From the human T2T-CHM13v2.0 reference genome, Homo sapiens, in assembly GCF_009914755.1 (NCBI RefSeq), contig NC_060926.1: a stretch of 64,000 nucleotides of DNA, one strand, 5' to 3'. Every line of letters starts with the position of its first letter. Within the stretch, counting starts at the first letter, position 1. The notes below the pieces were generated by a model that was not told where the DNA came from, did not search any database, and saw only the letters and a list, made by a program, of their open reading frames with translations. A program made the position numbers and the translations under genes. Positions 26,916 to 41,270 of the stretch are shown piece by piece.

Positions 26916-28081
26916 AAGAAAAACCCAGAAGCAGTGTAAAGAGCAAAAACAAAAAACTTGCAGTTCAGAGCTGGAGATAATGTCTTTGAGCCAAAAGCCA
27001 ATCACTTTATGATTATAATGTAGAACAGCTTAAAATGATTTTTCCCCCTAAAGTTGAAATAAAGATGTTAAAAAAATCCATCACTTAAAATGAAAGGCAT
27101 TATATAAAATTATATCTAGATCAGTGAGCAAAAAGATTACGTAACTTTGAGAGACTGTAATGTGCAGATTCACCCACAATACATGTCCACTGTCCTCAAT
27201 GAGTCACTGGCAAGTACAGTTCTGTAACTATGCTCATCTGTTACAGGTAAATTCTCCAACTGTCTATTGTCCAATTATAACAGCTTCAAATTCACAATTT
27301 AGAACCTGTAACCTCCAGTGATTTTGTCAATTGTTAAGCCATGTCACCCATACAGATGCCTCCCCTATGGGACAAAGGAGAAGATGACCTAAAATTGACA
27401 AATTTCCCTTAAGGGAAAGGTTGTAAAACCGGGCATAAACTTAGTAAAATCAGGGTCCACTGTCCGTAAGACTAGTTTGTTTTTCGTATAGAAAGGAAGT
27501 TCTTTTAGTAATTGCAGAGAAGATTGAATTACAGACTCACTTAAAAAAAAAACTAGCAGAAATAACTCTGATTCAATTAGCCATTTTGTTTCATTTTTTT
27601 AATTCTTCAAAGACCTCCAAGTGATATCATGAAGCCTCATCTTAATATCTAACCAAGTTTGTACTGAAAAAAGACCAGCCATTAGAAAACAGCTTGCAAA
27701 ATTATTTTACGAACTACTGGATTGGCATGTTATTTATCAAACTTATGTGCTTCATCAAAAAGATTCAATGTTCAGATTATTTTTTTGAGATGAGGTCTTG
27801 CTACGTTGCACAGGTTGGACCAAAACTCTTGGGCTCAAGCAATCTGCCCACCTCAGCCTCCCAAGTAGCTGGGACTACAGGTGCACACCACCACACCTGG
27901 CTAAATGCTCGGATTTAAGCAAAATTACTCATTGGCTGATATGATGAAGCCAACACAAACAACAATAATGTATCTCAACAGTTATATAACACATAAGAAA
28001 AATGGACTGTAAATTTAGGAGCTAAAGCTGTAAAAAAAAAAAAAAAACTGACGATAGCTCTTAAATTCCAATAAACACAAC

Positions 28082-28181
28082 CTGAGCAACTCTTTCAAAT
28101 AGCAGTGGCCTCTTTTTTAATTTTTCTTCTCTTTCTTCTAGTTCTCGTTGGTATTCTCTCATCCTTTCCTTTTCGCTCTTT
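28082..28181 (-). CDS. FAM161A: FAM161A coding exon 5 (100 nt, KSEKERMREY...LFERVAQ)
   Basis: Acceptor TTTAATTTTAG|AAA; donor CAG|GTTGTG; in frame; too short for the ORF track. Confidence 0.94.
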
Positions 28182-28834
28182 CTAAAATTAAAGAAAAGCA
28201 ATGGAATTTTAAAAGATCATCTAAGAAATAAGAACTTACATATGTAACATTTAACTTATCAACTTGTACAAAGTCAATAAAAAAAAGAAATAACATTTAG
28301 CTTAGCTGACAAATCAGAAATTATAAGCACAGTTCACAGTTTACCTCGATTCCTCTTCTATACCGGTTAATTCTCATGGAATGCAGAATAAAATCCTAGG
28401 TTCTGAGATCACACATATTATGCTCTAGGAATAGTCTGGACACTTTAATTTCTGAAATCCTCAAGGCATAAATATTTTAAGGGACTTCAAACTGCCCTGA
28501 AAAGATGAATGAAAGTCCTCTTGTCTCATTTATAAGTGTATAAAACCAAGAAAATTTTGGAACAAATTAGCTATCTTCTCTGTAAGGAATTTCTCCTGAA
28601 AACAAGACTTTGCTCTTATTTTTTATTATTATTTTATTGTTGTTGTTATTTACTTTTGTTTTGAGATGGAGTCTCATTCTGTTGCTCAGGCTGGTGCGGT
28701 GGCACAATCTCAGCTCACTGCAACTTCTACCTCCTGGGTTCATGCAATTCTCGTGCCTCAGCTTCCCGAATAGCTGAGATTACAGGTGTGCACCACCATG
28801 CCTGGCTAATTTTCTGTATTTTTAGTAGAGATGA

Positions 28835-29008
<174 letters not shown>

Positions 29009-30015
29009 TGACTGCAGCTTTGACTTCCTGGGCTCAAATGATCCTCCCACCTTAGCTCTCGAGTAGGTGGAACTACAGGGGCATGCCACCACACCTGGCT
29101 AATTTTTTTAAATTTTTTGTAGAGATGGGGGTCTCATTATGTTTACCAGGCTGGTCTCAAACTCCTGGGCTCAAGCAATCTTCCTGCCTTGTACTCCTGA
29201 GGTGTTGGGATTACAGATGTGAGCCATGGCATCCAGCCTTTGCTGTTATTTTTTTCCCCTAAATAAGATCTCCTACAGGTTAGTGGCAAAGTTAATTCAA
29301 TGGGAGCAAGTCAAAGGAGAAGTAAAGAGCATGGGAATATAACATAAAGAGAAACAGGAACCAAAATATATAAATTTACCGTAAGTGTTCTCACTGTTTG
29401 AGCAAGATCCTATAATAAATTAAACTACACTATTTTCTCTATGTAAGATATAATTGCTACCAAGATAAATAAGATTAATGGATTGGGGAAAATAATTATA
29501 CTTTTAAATGATAATTAGGCTTAATTATACACAAGTTGGTGTTATGAAAAAGCTATTGTCCAGGCACGGTGGCTCACGCCTGTAATCCCAGCACTTTGGG
29601 AGGCCGAGGTAGGCAGATCACCTGAGGTCAGGAGTTTGAGACCAGCTTGGCCAACATGGCAAAACCTCATCTCTACCAAAAATACAAAAATTAGCTAGGC
29701 GTGGTGGTGAGCACCTGTAATCCCAGCTACTCCGTAAGCTGAGGCAGGAGAATCGCTTGAACTCGGGATCCAGCCTAGGTGACAGAGCGAGACTCTGTCT
29801 CAAAAAAATAAATAAATAAAAAATAAAAAGCTATTAATAGTTTACTTCCTAAGGGTAAGTAATCTATTTCTAAGAAACATTATGCTCACGTTCATCAAAT
29901 TAAGCTCCCTTTATCAATGGATTAAAGCTAAATTATAAAAGAATACTCATTGTAATTAAAAGCACATATGCATATTTAGAAATCAGATTAAAAAGTAATA
30001 AATCACATTACTTAC

Positions 30016-30071
30016 CTGGCTTTGAGGGAGATAGTTTCCTACTTAAACATCAACATTTTTATGTGCAACAT
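30016..30071 (-). other. Candidate 56-nt frameshifting (poison) cassette exon in FAM161A intron 4
   Basis: Consensus donor CAG|GTAAGT at 30015; acceptor TTCCAG| at 30072 (alternative CTGCAG| at 30099); spliced frame reads R-C-C-T-stop. Confidence 0.55.
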
Positions 30072-30608
30072 CTGGAACACTGGTTTTCAAACTTTGTACT
30101 GCAGAATTCTAGTGAAGGGGTTCTAAGAATTCCGTGAATATTTTTATATTGAAACTAACAAAATGCAACACATACTACTAAACATTAACATATGTGCTAA
30201 TGAACACATCACATAACCGATGTTTAACGTGTTAATTTGTGCTATCAGATTTCATCCAAACCTTAGAACAAAGCTCTTTGATATATCTGTTTACTGCAAT
30301 CAAAAATAATATAAAGAACAAGATCAGATATTGGTATAAGATTATAACCATTAACTAAGGCCACAATAGAAAATGTCTGTATTCATCAACATAGCTTCAT
30401 GGTTCTCACCATAAAGGTGAGTTTATATGTTGGTTCTCACCATGAGGTGAGTGTGTGTGCGCTGAACACAAGTAACTGATGACAATTTAAATCCATAAGC
30501 TAAAACACTAATGCTATTTTCAATCTGCTCATATTTTACTATCTACTGATTAAAAAAAAAAGAGTTTGAAAACCAGTGGTCTGGAGATTCAAGATTTTTT
30601 CATGATAC

Positions 30609-30776
30609 CTGAGACATTTTACTCTGGATTTAGATATTTGAGCTAAACTTTGATGTGAGTCATAAGCCTTAGCCCGGGTTGTCAGGAGTTTCTGCAATTC
30701 TTTCATTCTTTGCTTCTGTTTAGTTAGGATCCGATTTCTCTCTTCTTCCAACATTTTCTTTTCCTCAAGTGATCTC
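30609..30776 (-). CDS. FAM161A: FAM161A alternatively spliced in-frame cassette exon 4 (168 nt, 56 aa; long isoform)
   Basis: Acceptor TTACCCTCAG|GAG; donor CAG|GTATCA; 168 nt, phase 2-2, open frame RSLEEKKMLEEERNRIL...KSRVKCL; skipping preserves the frame. Confidence 0.93.
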
Positions 30777-30909
30777 CTGAGGGTAACAAACTAAGGCTTA
30801 ATCCACTTTAAGCCAATCAGAATGTTGTTTAGCAAAGATTTAACATGGGATAATTTGAATTTTGATAATTCAAAATTTGAAAAAAGGTAACCTTTTGAAA
30901 AGGATCTGA

Positions 30910-31137
<228 letters not shown>

Positions 31138-31495
31138 TAGTAGAGATGGGGGTTTCATTATCTCGGCCAGGGTGGTCTTGAACTCCTGACCTTGTGATCC
31201 ACCTGCCTCGACCTCCCAAAGCACTGGGATTACAGGTGTAAGCCACTGTGCCCAGCCAGGTAAAACTAGAAATCTTAAGACTATTATTTTCTAATCCCCC
31301 AAAATTTATAAATGAAAAATATATTCATTTCTTAGAATACCCTCTGACAAAATATCATATATTATATAGTAAAATATCTTATAGATACAATAATAATTTC
31401 TAAGTATTTTCAAATTTACCAACATAAACTCCACAGAGCTGCATACACTCATCTGGCAACCATGAGTCAGTCAGTACTGCGTCCTACTTACTTAC

Positions 31496-32656
31496 CTTAC
31501 GGCTTGTTCTCGTCCTCTGGAAGATACCGTGGGCACGGGAGGGTTGCAGTTACAAGGCACAGGGTTTACACCTGCACATCTTACTGGTGACTTACGCCTT
31601 GGAGACAAATAAGGCCAACGTGTTTCTTTTAAATTTTCTTCATCTGCTTCGATGTCTGCCAAAATTTTTTCTCTTTTAATAGATGCATGTGGAGATGCAT
31701 GAAGATCAAATGGTTTACACACTGTTAAGAGTTTTGGAGACTTGTGTTCTGAGAGGTGTTTCTGGTATCTCTCAGGAAGGTCCTCAAAATCAGGAGTTGG
31801 GCACCTAACCTTGTGTTTACACTTCAACTTTACAGCCTGTTCAGGACACCTGGGGTTCCTGCATCCGCAAGCTGACCTACAAGGCAGAGGAGATGAGTTC
31901 TGTAAATGCTCCTGGGCTCTCAGCTGTGTCCTAAGGTTTCGATAGAGCTCTTCTTCTTTTAACTTGTCATTGGTAGTTGAACCATAAGTAGATCGAGGAA
32001 TGGGTCTGGCTTTAAATCGATTTGTTTTCTTTTTATACTTAAGAAAGTCTCTCAGCTGCTTTTCCCGGGCTGCTCGCTTCTGTTCCTCCCTTGCTATAAA
32101 TTTAAATGGCTTTTGTGAGGCCAAAAGAGCTTCTTTGCTTTTCTCCTTCAGAGACCTTCTCCGTTCTTCTTTTTGCTTGACTAAATCATGGTAAAGGGGG
32201 AGAAAGACAGATGCAGGAACTGGATTGGCTCGGAATTTCTTCTTATACTCTGGATCCTCTTCTTGTTTTTTGAGCGCTTTATGTACCATTTCGATATCTG
32301 ATTTAGATTTCATGGACTCTTCTTTTTTCTTCTGTTCTCTTATCATCATTTGAAAAGGCTCCGGTACTGTAATTGTGGGCACCCATTCTTTTCGTTTCTT
32401 CCTTCTTTTTTCAGCTGCATGGAAGCCAGTATCTTTACAGCGAATATAATCCTCAACACAAAAGTCTGTCCACATATTGTTGATGAGCTCCTTAGCATAG
32501 GTCATCATTCTGTTTTTCCTAGGATACTCTTTTTCTAGGTTGGGTAACTCCTCTTCAGAGGAGGACACATACAAGGAGGAAGACTGGCCTAAATCAGGCT
32601 CTGAAAATGATGTCATTAATGAGACAGGGTGATAGGAGTTCTTTTCTGATACAGAT
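31496..32656 (-). CDS. FAM161A: FAM161A coding exon 3 (1161 nt, SVSEKNSYHP...RGREQAV), most of the UPF0564 domain
   Basis: Acceptor TTCTCATTTAG|ATC; donor AAG|GTAAGT; 374-aa track ORF 31492..32616 with motifs TVPEPF, FRANPVP, FKARPIP. Confidence 0.97.
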
Positions 32657-32710
32657 CTAAATGAGAAGAATAACTATGTTATACTTTCAGTTGTATGTGA
32701 CCAAATATAA

Positions 32711-33005
<295 letters not shown>

Positions 33006-33189
33006 TGAGCCACTGTGCCCAGCCAAGAGTTACATATTTTCTAAGATCAGGGTATAATCAGAAGCGAGGAGCTGGACAGGGCTTGTAAGAATCATCACTT
33101 TTATTTGGAATAGAGCTGGGCAATGCCCATAAATTATCCACTTTGACTCCTTCATTTTACAGGGAAGGAACCTGAGATGGCAGAGGGTC

Positions 33190-33740
33190 CTTGTGTCTAA
33201 CCTCTATTAAATTCTCCCCACTTTCCAGAGTCACTGTCCTGAAGCATAGATCTGATCATGTCATTCCCCTGCTTGAAACTTTTTGATAATTCCTCACTGC
33301 TACGAAGTCAAGCCTAGATTACAAGCCCTTCGAGACTGGCGCCTATCTTTTCAGTCTTACCCCTCACCACTGGCTACCCCAGTCTCCATTCTGCATTCAT
33401 ATCCAGTCCTGTGAAGTTCCTCACACACGATATGATTTCTCATGCCATCTTGCCTTTGCATACATGGTTTCTGCTGCCTAGAAGGCCAATACTTATTCCT
33501 CCTCCAAGACTGAACTCAGATGTGACACTTTAGTGGAAAATTCTGGCCTGCATCCCTCTGAAAGCTTGGCATGACCAACTGCTTCTTCCTCTGTAACACT
33601 CTGTTACATCATGCTGTAATGCAATTTTTGGTTCTCAGCTAGTCTCTAAGCTCCTTGAGGGCATCTTGTTTTTGACTCCTCAGCGCCCAGGCATAGTCTG
33701 GCACAAAGGAGACATGCAAGCATCGCTGACTGACTAGATG
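33190..33740 (+). mobile_element. L2 3' fragment (other L2 pieces near 1255-1620, 3030-4400, 36800-37360, 39260-39975, 62500-63700)
   Basis: atctgatcatgtcattcccctgcttgaaact...gcctttgcatacatggtttctgctgcctagaa...cagcgcccaggcatagtctggcaca. Confidence 0.65.
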
Positions 33741-34196
33741 TGTAAGTCTCAGAGCAGGTGAGTTCACAGCAGAAATGGGTCTTGAAATTGCAGACTATTT
33801 TGAAAACATAAATCAGATTCATGTCTCCTAGTCCTGAACTCTTTGTACTAGATCTTTAATGAGCTCATGTTAATCCACATATTATAAAGAGCTTTTAAAA
33901 TTAAACTTTTATATTTACCAGTTAAAATGGCACAGACTAAGTATTTTGATACATGCCCTCAGTTCTATGGGTGGGTCAGAAAGAAAAGACCAAATGGCCA
34001 CCAAATGACCCTCAAGCAAACGGTCATCCAGTAAGCTGATAAGCCATTAAACATTTTGAATAAAATCCTACCTCTGTATATCGTTGGGAGTACAAAGGGC
34101 TATTTAAGAGAAAATATTATGAAGTAACTTTGTTCTGTCCTTTTAAGGATACATTTTATTTTATACTCCACAAATAACATTGAGTTACAAGCTTAC

Positions 34197-34435
34197 CTGG
34201 AAGAGTCACTAAGAGAGTCTTCTCTGATGACCACTGGCTGAACTTCCTTTAAATGTAATTTATCCTGGTACATTTTCTCTAATTTTGCCATAGTTTCTAT
34301 GTGGGCAGCCTTCAACTCTTCTACTTTCTTGAAATACTCCTCATTAGAGTGGTGAATATCAGGAAAGTTCACAAAGTCCTCATAGCTTATCGGTGCATGT
34401 TCATCCACCCCAGAAAAGCTGGTGTTCAAATCAGC
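34197..34435 (-). CDS. FAM161A: FAM161A coding exon 2 (239 nt, ADLNTSFSG...SLSDSS)
   Basis: Acceptor TTTTCTCCCCACACCAG-type tract ending ACCAG|GCT; donor CAG|GTAAGC; in frame with exon 1; track ORF 34193..34453. Confidence 0.96.
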
Positions 34436-36030
34436 CTGGTGGGGAGAAAACACTTGATATATAGTGACTGGAGCTGAAAGACAAATTAAGCTGACACTGA
34501 TCCAAAATGCTGCTTCTTAAAGAGTCCACCTAGTTAGGTTATACATTAATTATGGGCTATGCATATAGAATGAGTTATAGGTTATTTGTGGGCTATGTAC
34601 ATTTTCCCCAGTGATATTTTAAGAACGAGAGGGAGCAAGACCAAACTGTCAGAAAATAAATGTTATTTAATCCATTTGATAAAGGATGGTTCAATTCCCA
34701 GATCAACCAACAAAAGGTATAATAGGATAGAACCCAACAACCCTTTACAAAGTATTTCTATAAGGAGCCTCCTGAGTTGTAAGTTTTAACTGAGATGAAG
34801 AGGAACACGGTTCTACCTGCTGTAAACCAGGCAACCACAGCCCAATGCTCTCCCTCCAGCTGCGCTCCTGCAGTGTGGCTCCAAGGACTGCCAGTGGAGA
34901 GAAGGCAGGGAAATAGAGGAAATGGGGGCAGGGACAAAGTTCTCAGTGGCTTATCAAGGAGCCAGGGAGAAGCCCTCCTCACAGTGGGGCAAGACTTTGG
35001 GAGGGAGTAAGAGGACATGGGAGGGGGTAGGAGGGACTTTCAGGGTAGCTGCTTCTGTGGGCACAAAAGCAGTAGCTCCCATGGGTGACCGGGACTTTAG
35101 GATGACAACAAAGCAAAGAAGAAAAAATGCTGTAATTATTCAACATACAGATCATGTTTAGAAGGGTCTGACTGGCCTTTCTCCCTCACTCCCTTTACAT
35201 ACCTTTCAGTTTTTTTGTTTGTTTGTTTGTTTTTACGAGACGGAGTCTCACTCTGTCACTCAGGCTGGAGTGCAGTGGCACCATCTCAGCTCACTGCAAC
35301 CTCTGCCTTCTCCTGCCTCAGACTCCCAAGTAGCTGGGATTACAGGCGCACACCACCACACCCAGCTAATTTTTGTATTTTAGTAGAGACGGGGTTTCAC
35401 CATGTTGGCCAGACTGGTCTTGAATTCTTGACCTCAGGTGATCTACTTGCCTCGGCCTCTCAAAGTGCTGGGATTATGGGCATGAGCCACCGTGCCCTAC
35501 CCTTTCAGTTCTTTTAATTGAAGCAACTAAAGAGATAAAACCCCATTTTCTCCATAAATATAAAATTTTTATTATGTTCTCAGTTGAGAAACAGTTGAAA
35601 TTATTTATGATACTATGCATAAAAGGCTGCCAACCACAGTTTTAAATTTAGCCTACTGTCTGGAACAGATGCAAAATGAAAAAATTTGCTACAGAAAATT
35701 ATAGATCCAATCTGATAAGACTCTAGAAAATAATCTGTTTAGCTTCTCTCAAAATAAAAATTCAGAAGAGTCAATTATAAATAGTAGTTATAGATGTGGT
35801 ATTTTTGTTTCCCACTGGAGGCTTCTCAGAAGATATGGTATTTTTTTTAATACGCTAAAATCAGCATACAAGAGGACAATGTTGTACTACTTGGGGTAAC
35901 TTAAAGAAAACAACTTTTAAAAAATCAGTCTTCAGAGGCCGGGCACGGTGGCTCACGCCTATAATCCCAGCACTTTGGGAGGCCGAGGCAGGTGGATCAC
36001 GAGGTCAGGAGATTGAGACAATCCTGGCTA

Positions 36031-36294
<264 letters not shown>

Positions 36295-37367
36295 TTAACT
36301 ATGTCAAACAATTCAATTAAGAGAATTCTCTGATATCTTCTGCTGTTTCTTTATGTGCTTCTCACCATAAACTTCTTATCTGCAGGATGACTACTTTGTG
36401 AATTTCCTCATTCATTAAATATTTGGGGGCCATCCTGCAATCAGCTAGCTGCTAAAAGGTACGTCAGATTTTTTTTAAACTCTACCTTTGAGGCCAGGCA
36501 CAGTGGCTCACACCTATAATCCCAGCACTTTGGGAGGCCGAGGCAGCCAGATCACTTGAGGTCAGGAGTTTGAGACCAGCCTGGCCAACATGGTGAAACC
36601 CCCTCTCTACTAAAAATACAAAAATTAGCCAGGCATGGTGGCAGGTACCTGTAGTCCCAGCTACTCGGGAGGCTGAAGCGGAAGAGTCACCTGAACCCAG
36701 GAGGTGGAGGTTGCAGTCAGCCAAGATCGTACCACAGCACTCCAGCTTGGGTGACAAAGCAAGACTCTGTCTCACTTAAAACAAACAAACAAACAAAAAC
36801 TCTACCTTTGAGAAGTTTCCAGCTAGCTTAGGAAAGGACATGTATATAAATAATAGACAGCTGACTTAGAATGAGACAGAACACCTGATTCCTGCCCACA
36901 AGCTACTTCCAGCTAAGCGGAGAGACAGATGTATGTCACAATGTCAGACACTAAGAGACAGAGGCACAATTCACAGAGGTGAGCCAGACTGGAGACACAT
37001 GGTTGGACGAGGACAAAGTTTGCCAGATCAGGGAGGCAGTGAAAAAGGAATAAATAAATCCGAGGCATAGTGCTAGAACATCCATCGCCAGGAAACATGT
37101 GGATAAATGTCTGGAGACCTGGTGAGAAGGCTGGGCTGGAGAGCAGATACAGGAGCCACCAATCCACACAGAAGTAGCAGGTGCAGCCTTGGTTATGGAC
37201 GAGGCTGCCTGGAGGGAGTGTGGGCAACAAGACATGAGAGGACCTGAGAATGGAGATGTTGGAGAACACCAACATTTAAATAAGCAGCGGAAGGAGGACT
37301 AATAGGAGGTAGAGAGTGGCATGAGAGATACAAAGACCAACTGATACGGGTCTTTGGAGCCTCTGAT

Positions 37368-37530
37368 TGAGTATTCTGACACCACATCTGTAATTTTTCT
37401 CCTAAACCATGAGAACACTCCAAACTAAAAGTTATTTAACTCTCACCCAATGCTTTCACCTTTATAGGGTCAAAAGGGGGCTGAAACCAGGTGACCAGTG
37501 ACCAGGAGCCAGTGGTAGACAGGAAATGGA
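37368..37530 (+). repeat. Left arm of a 163-bp inverted repeat
   Basis: Aligns ungapped to the reverse complement of 38410-38572 with 20 mismatches by hand count. Confidence 0.92.
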
Positions 37531-37754
37531 GGGAGCTTTTGTTTCGTTTGAGTTTGGAAGATAGGGGAAGACTTCCTGGAGGAGGTAATATTTGAGATGA
37601 GTCATAAAGAATGGAGGCCAGGTGTGGTAGCTCATGCCTGTAATCCCAGCACTTTGGGAGGCTGCAGTGGGAGGACTGCTTGAGGCCAGGAGTTCCAGAC
37701 CAGCCTGGGCAACACGGCGAGACACCATCTCTACAAATTTTTTTTAAAAAATTA

Positions 37755-38054
<300 letters not shown>

Positions 38055-38162
38055 TCAGGGGACAGAGGCAGGAGAATCGCTTGAACCTGGGAGGCAGAGA
38101 TTGCAGTAAGCTGAGATCGAGCCATTGCACTATAGCTTCGGCGATCAAGCAAGACTCTGTCT

Positions 38163-38193
<31 letters not shown>

Positions 38194-38409
38194 GAAATCT
38201 ATAGGATCACAGAGTGTTTATGGGAAAGAAGGGGAAAGTACCCTAGGCAAAGGAAATGGCGTTAGCAAATGCGCAGGCTGGGGTTGGGGAGGCTGTGCAT
38301 AGCAGAGGGCAAGGTGCACATGGCTGCCGGATAAAAGGAGAGGAAAACCCATAAAGCAGTTTTGGGAAGTAAACCTAGAAAGGGAGGTTAGGGCAAGCAA
38401 GAAGGGGTT

Positions 38410-38572
38410 TCCATCTCCTGCCTACCACTGGCTCCTGATTACTGGTCACGTGGTTTCAGCCCCCTTATGACCCTTCAAAGATGAAAGGGTTGGGTGGGAG
38501 TTAAATAACTTTTAGTTTGGAGTGTTCTCACAGCTTAGGAGAAAGATTTCAGATGTGACGTCAGGATACTCA
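38410..38572 (-). repeat. Right arm of a 163-bp inverted repeat
   Basis: Shared core GAGAACACTCCAAACTAAAAGTTATTTAACTC is present in both orientations. Confidence 0.92.
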
Positions 38573-38653
38573 TACAAGCCTGGGCTCCGCACTTAGCAAT
38601 GTGATGTGGGCATGAACTTCTTGAACATCAGCTTTAAGATATGTAAAGTAGGT

Positions 38654-39359
<706 letters not shown>

Positions 39360-40877
39360 TTATGTAAATGTTGTCTTCTCAATAAGGTCTTCCCTGACTC
39401 TCCTATTTAAAATTACAACTTCTCCCAGGACTCACTGTCAGCCCCCTTGTCTGTCTTATTTTTCCCAGAAGTACTCATCACCATTGACGTCCTACATATC
39501 TGTACTTGATTGTGTATTATATGCCTGCCCCTACCAAAAAGTAAACATTACAAAGGTAAGAATTTGCCAGGCCTGATGGCTCAGGCCTGTAATCCCAGCA
39601 CTTTGGGAGGCTGGGGCAGGTGGATTGCTTGAGCCCAGGAGTTTCAGACCAGCCTGGGTAACACGTCAAGGCCTCATCTCTACAAAAAATACAAAAAATT
39701 AGCTTGGTGAGGTAGTATGCACCTATAGTCCCAGCTAGTTGGGGGACTGAGGCGGAAGGATCACCTGAGCCCAGGAGGTTGGGGCTGCAGTGAGCTATGA
39801 TGGAGGCACTGCACTCCAGCCTGGGTAACAGTGTGACCCTGTCTCAAAAAAACAAAACAAAACAAAAAGAAAGGCAAGGATTTGTCTGCTTTGTTTAATG
39901 TTGTGTCCCCAGTGTCTAGAAAAGTACCTGGCTAATGGCAGATGTTCAAGGAATATTTACTGAATGAATGAATGAATGTACAGAAAAAAAAAATTCCACC
40001 TTGGGAAGAGGGCAGTTACTCCCTCCCAAAAGAATGAACCATGCAAAGAAATGCTGGCTGCTCTAAAGAGCTATATTCCACCAAGTATTAAGAAAAAGGC
40101 CTATGTTCCAAAAACTATAATTAAAACAGGGAGGGTATTTCAAAGAACTGTTTTTAAGCAAAAGAATCTATGCGCTCTCATTCATTCTTTTAGAATATCT
40201 CTTAAAAATCATGTCTTATAGCAGTCATTTACACAAGAAGGATCAAATTTATTTGGACCTGGAAGAACCGTTTGAAAACCATATAGAAGAATGAGTAGCT
40301 TCTGAAAGATGCGGCAGGTCTGATAAATTATACTTATGTACTGATTTTGCACTGGATCCATTCTGTTTTCAGCTTAATACTGTTAACGCTAGCTGAAACT
40401 TTTCAGATAAACTGATCTCACAGTGTTTAACCTAAAACAGATGAATGGCTAGTAAATGACCTCCAATTCTAATTTAATCTTTAATTGTCTCCACTGAGAA
40501 AATATTTAGTATACAAAATAACCTAGGCCATAGACATTATTTTTCCAAGAGCCTAAAATAGCATCCTCTCCCTTTAATCGGCTTTTTGTGGAATGTTGTA
40601 AATGCAGCCACCAGATTAGAGGATAATCTTCCCTAGATTGGCTTGACCCATTTAGATAATGAATCCTTCCAGCACCTGTTGCTTTATTAGTAATCAGCAC
40701 CTATGAAGAATTATTTGTGCTGCAGCCTATATAGTTTCATCTGCAACCTGTAATTTTTGAAAAAATTTTTTTCGCTGAATTTGTAAAGAATGAGAGAGAT
40801 CTACATGTACTAACATGGGTAAACTCCCAATAAATAAGAAAAAAAAGCAAGTTGCAGAACTATCTCCCTCTCTCTGT

Positions 40878-41270
40878 CTATATATATATTTATATATATA
40901 TATTTATATATATTTATATATATATTTATATATATATTTATATATATTTATATATATATTTATTTATATATTTATATATATTTATATATATATTTATATA
41001 TATATTTATATATTTATATATATTTATATATATATTTATATATATATTTATATATTTATATATATTTATATATATATTTATATATTTATATATATTTATA
41101 TATATTTTTATATTTATATATATTTATATATATTTTTATATATTTATATATATTTATATATATTTATATATTTATATATATTTATATATATATTTAAATA
41201 TATATATTTATATATATTTAAATATTTATATACTTATATATATTTATATATTTATTTATATATTTATATA
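40878..41270. repeat. Long (TA)n/(TATATATTTA)n low-complexity repeat, about 390 bp
   Basis: Almost pure A/T alternating tract; gives the spurious Y/I/F-rich ORFs. Confidence 0.97.
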
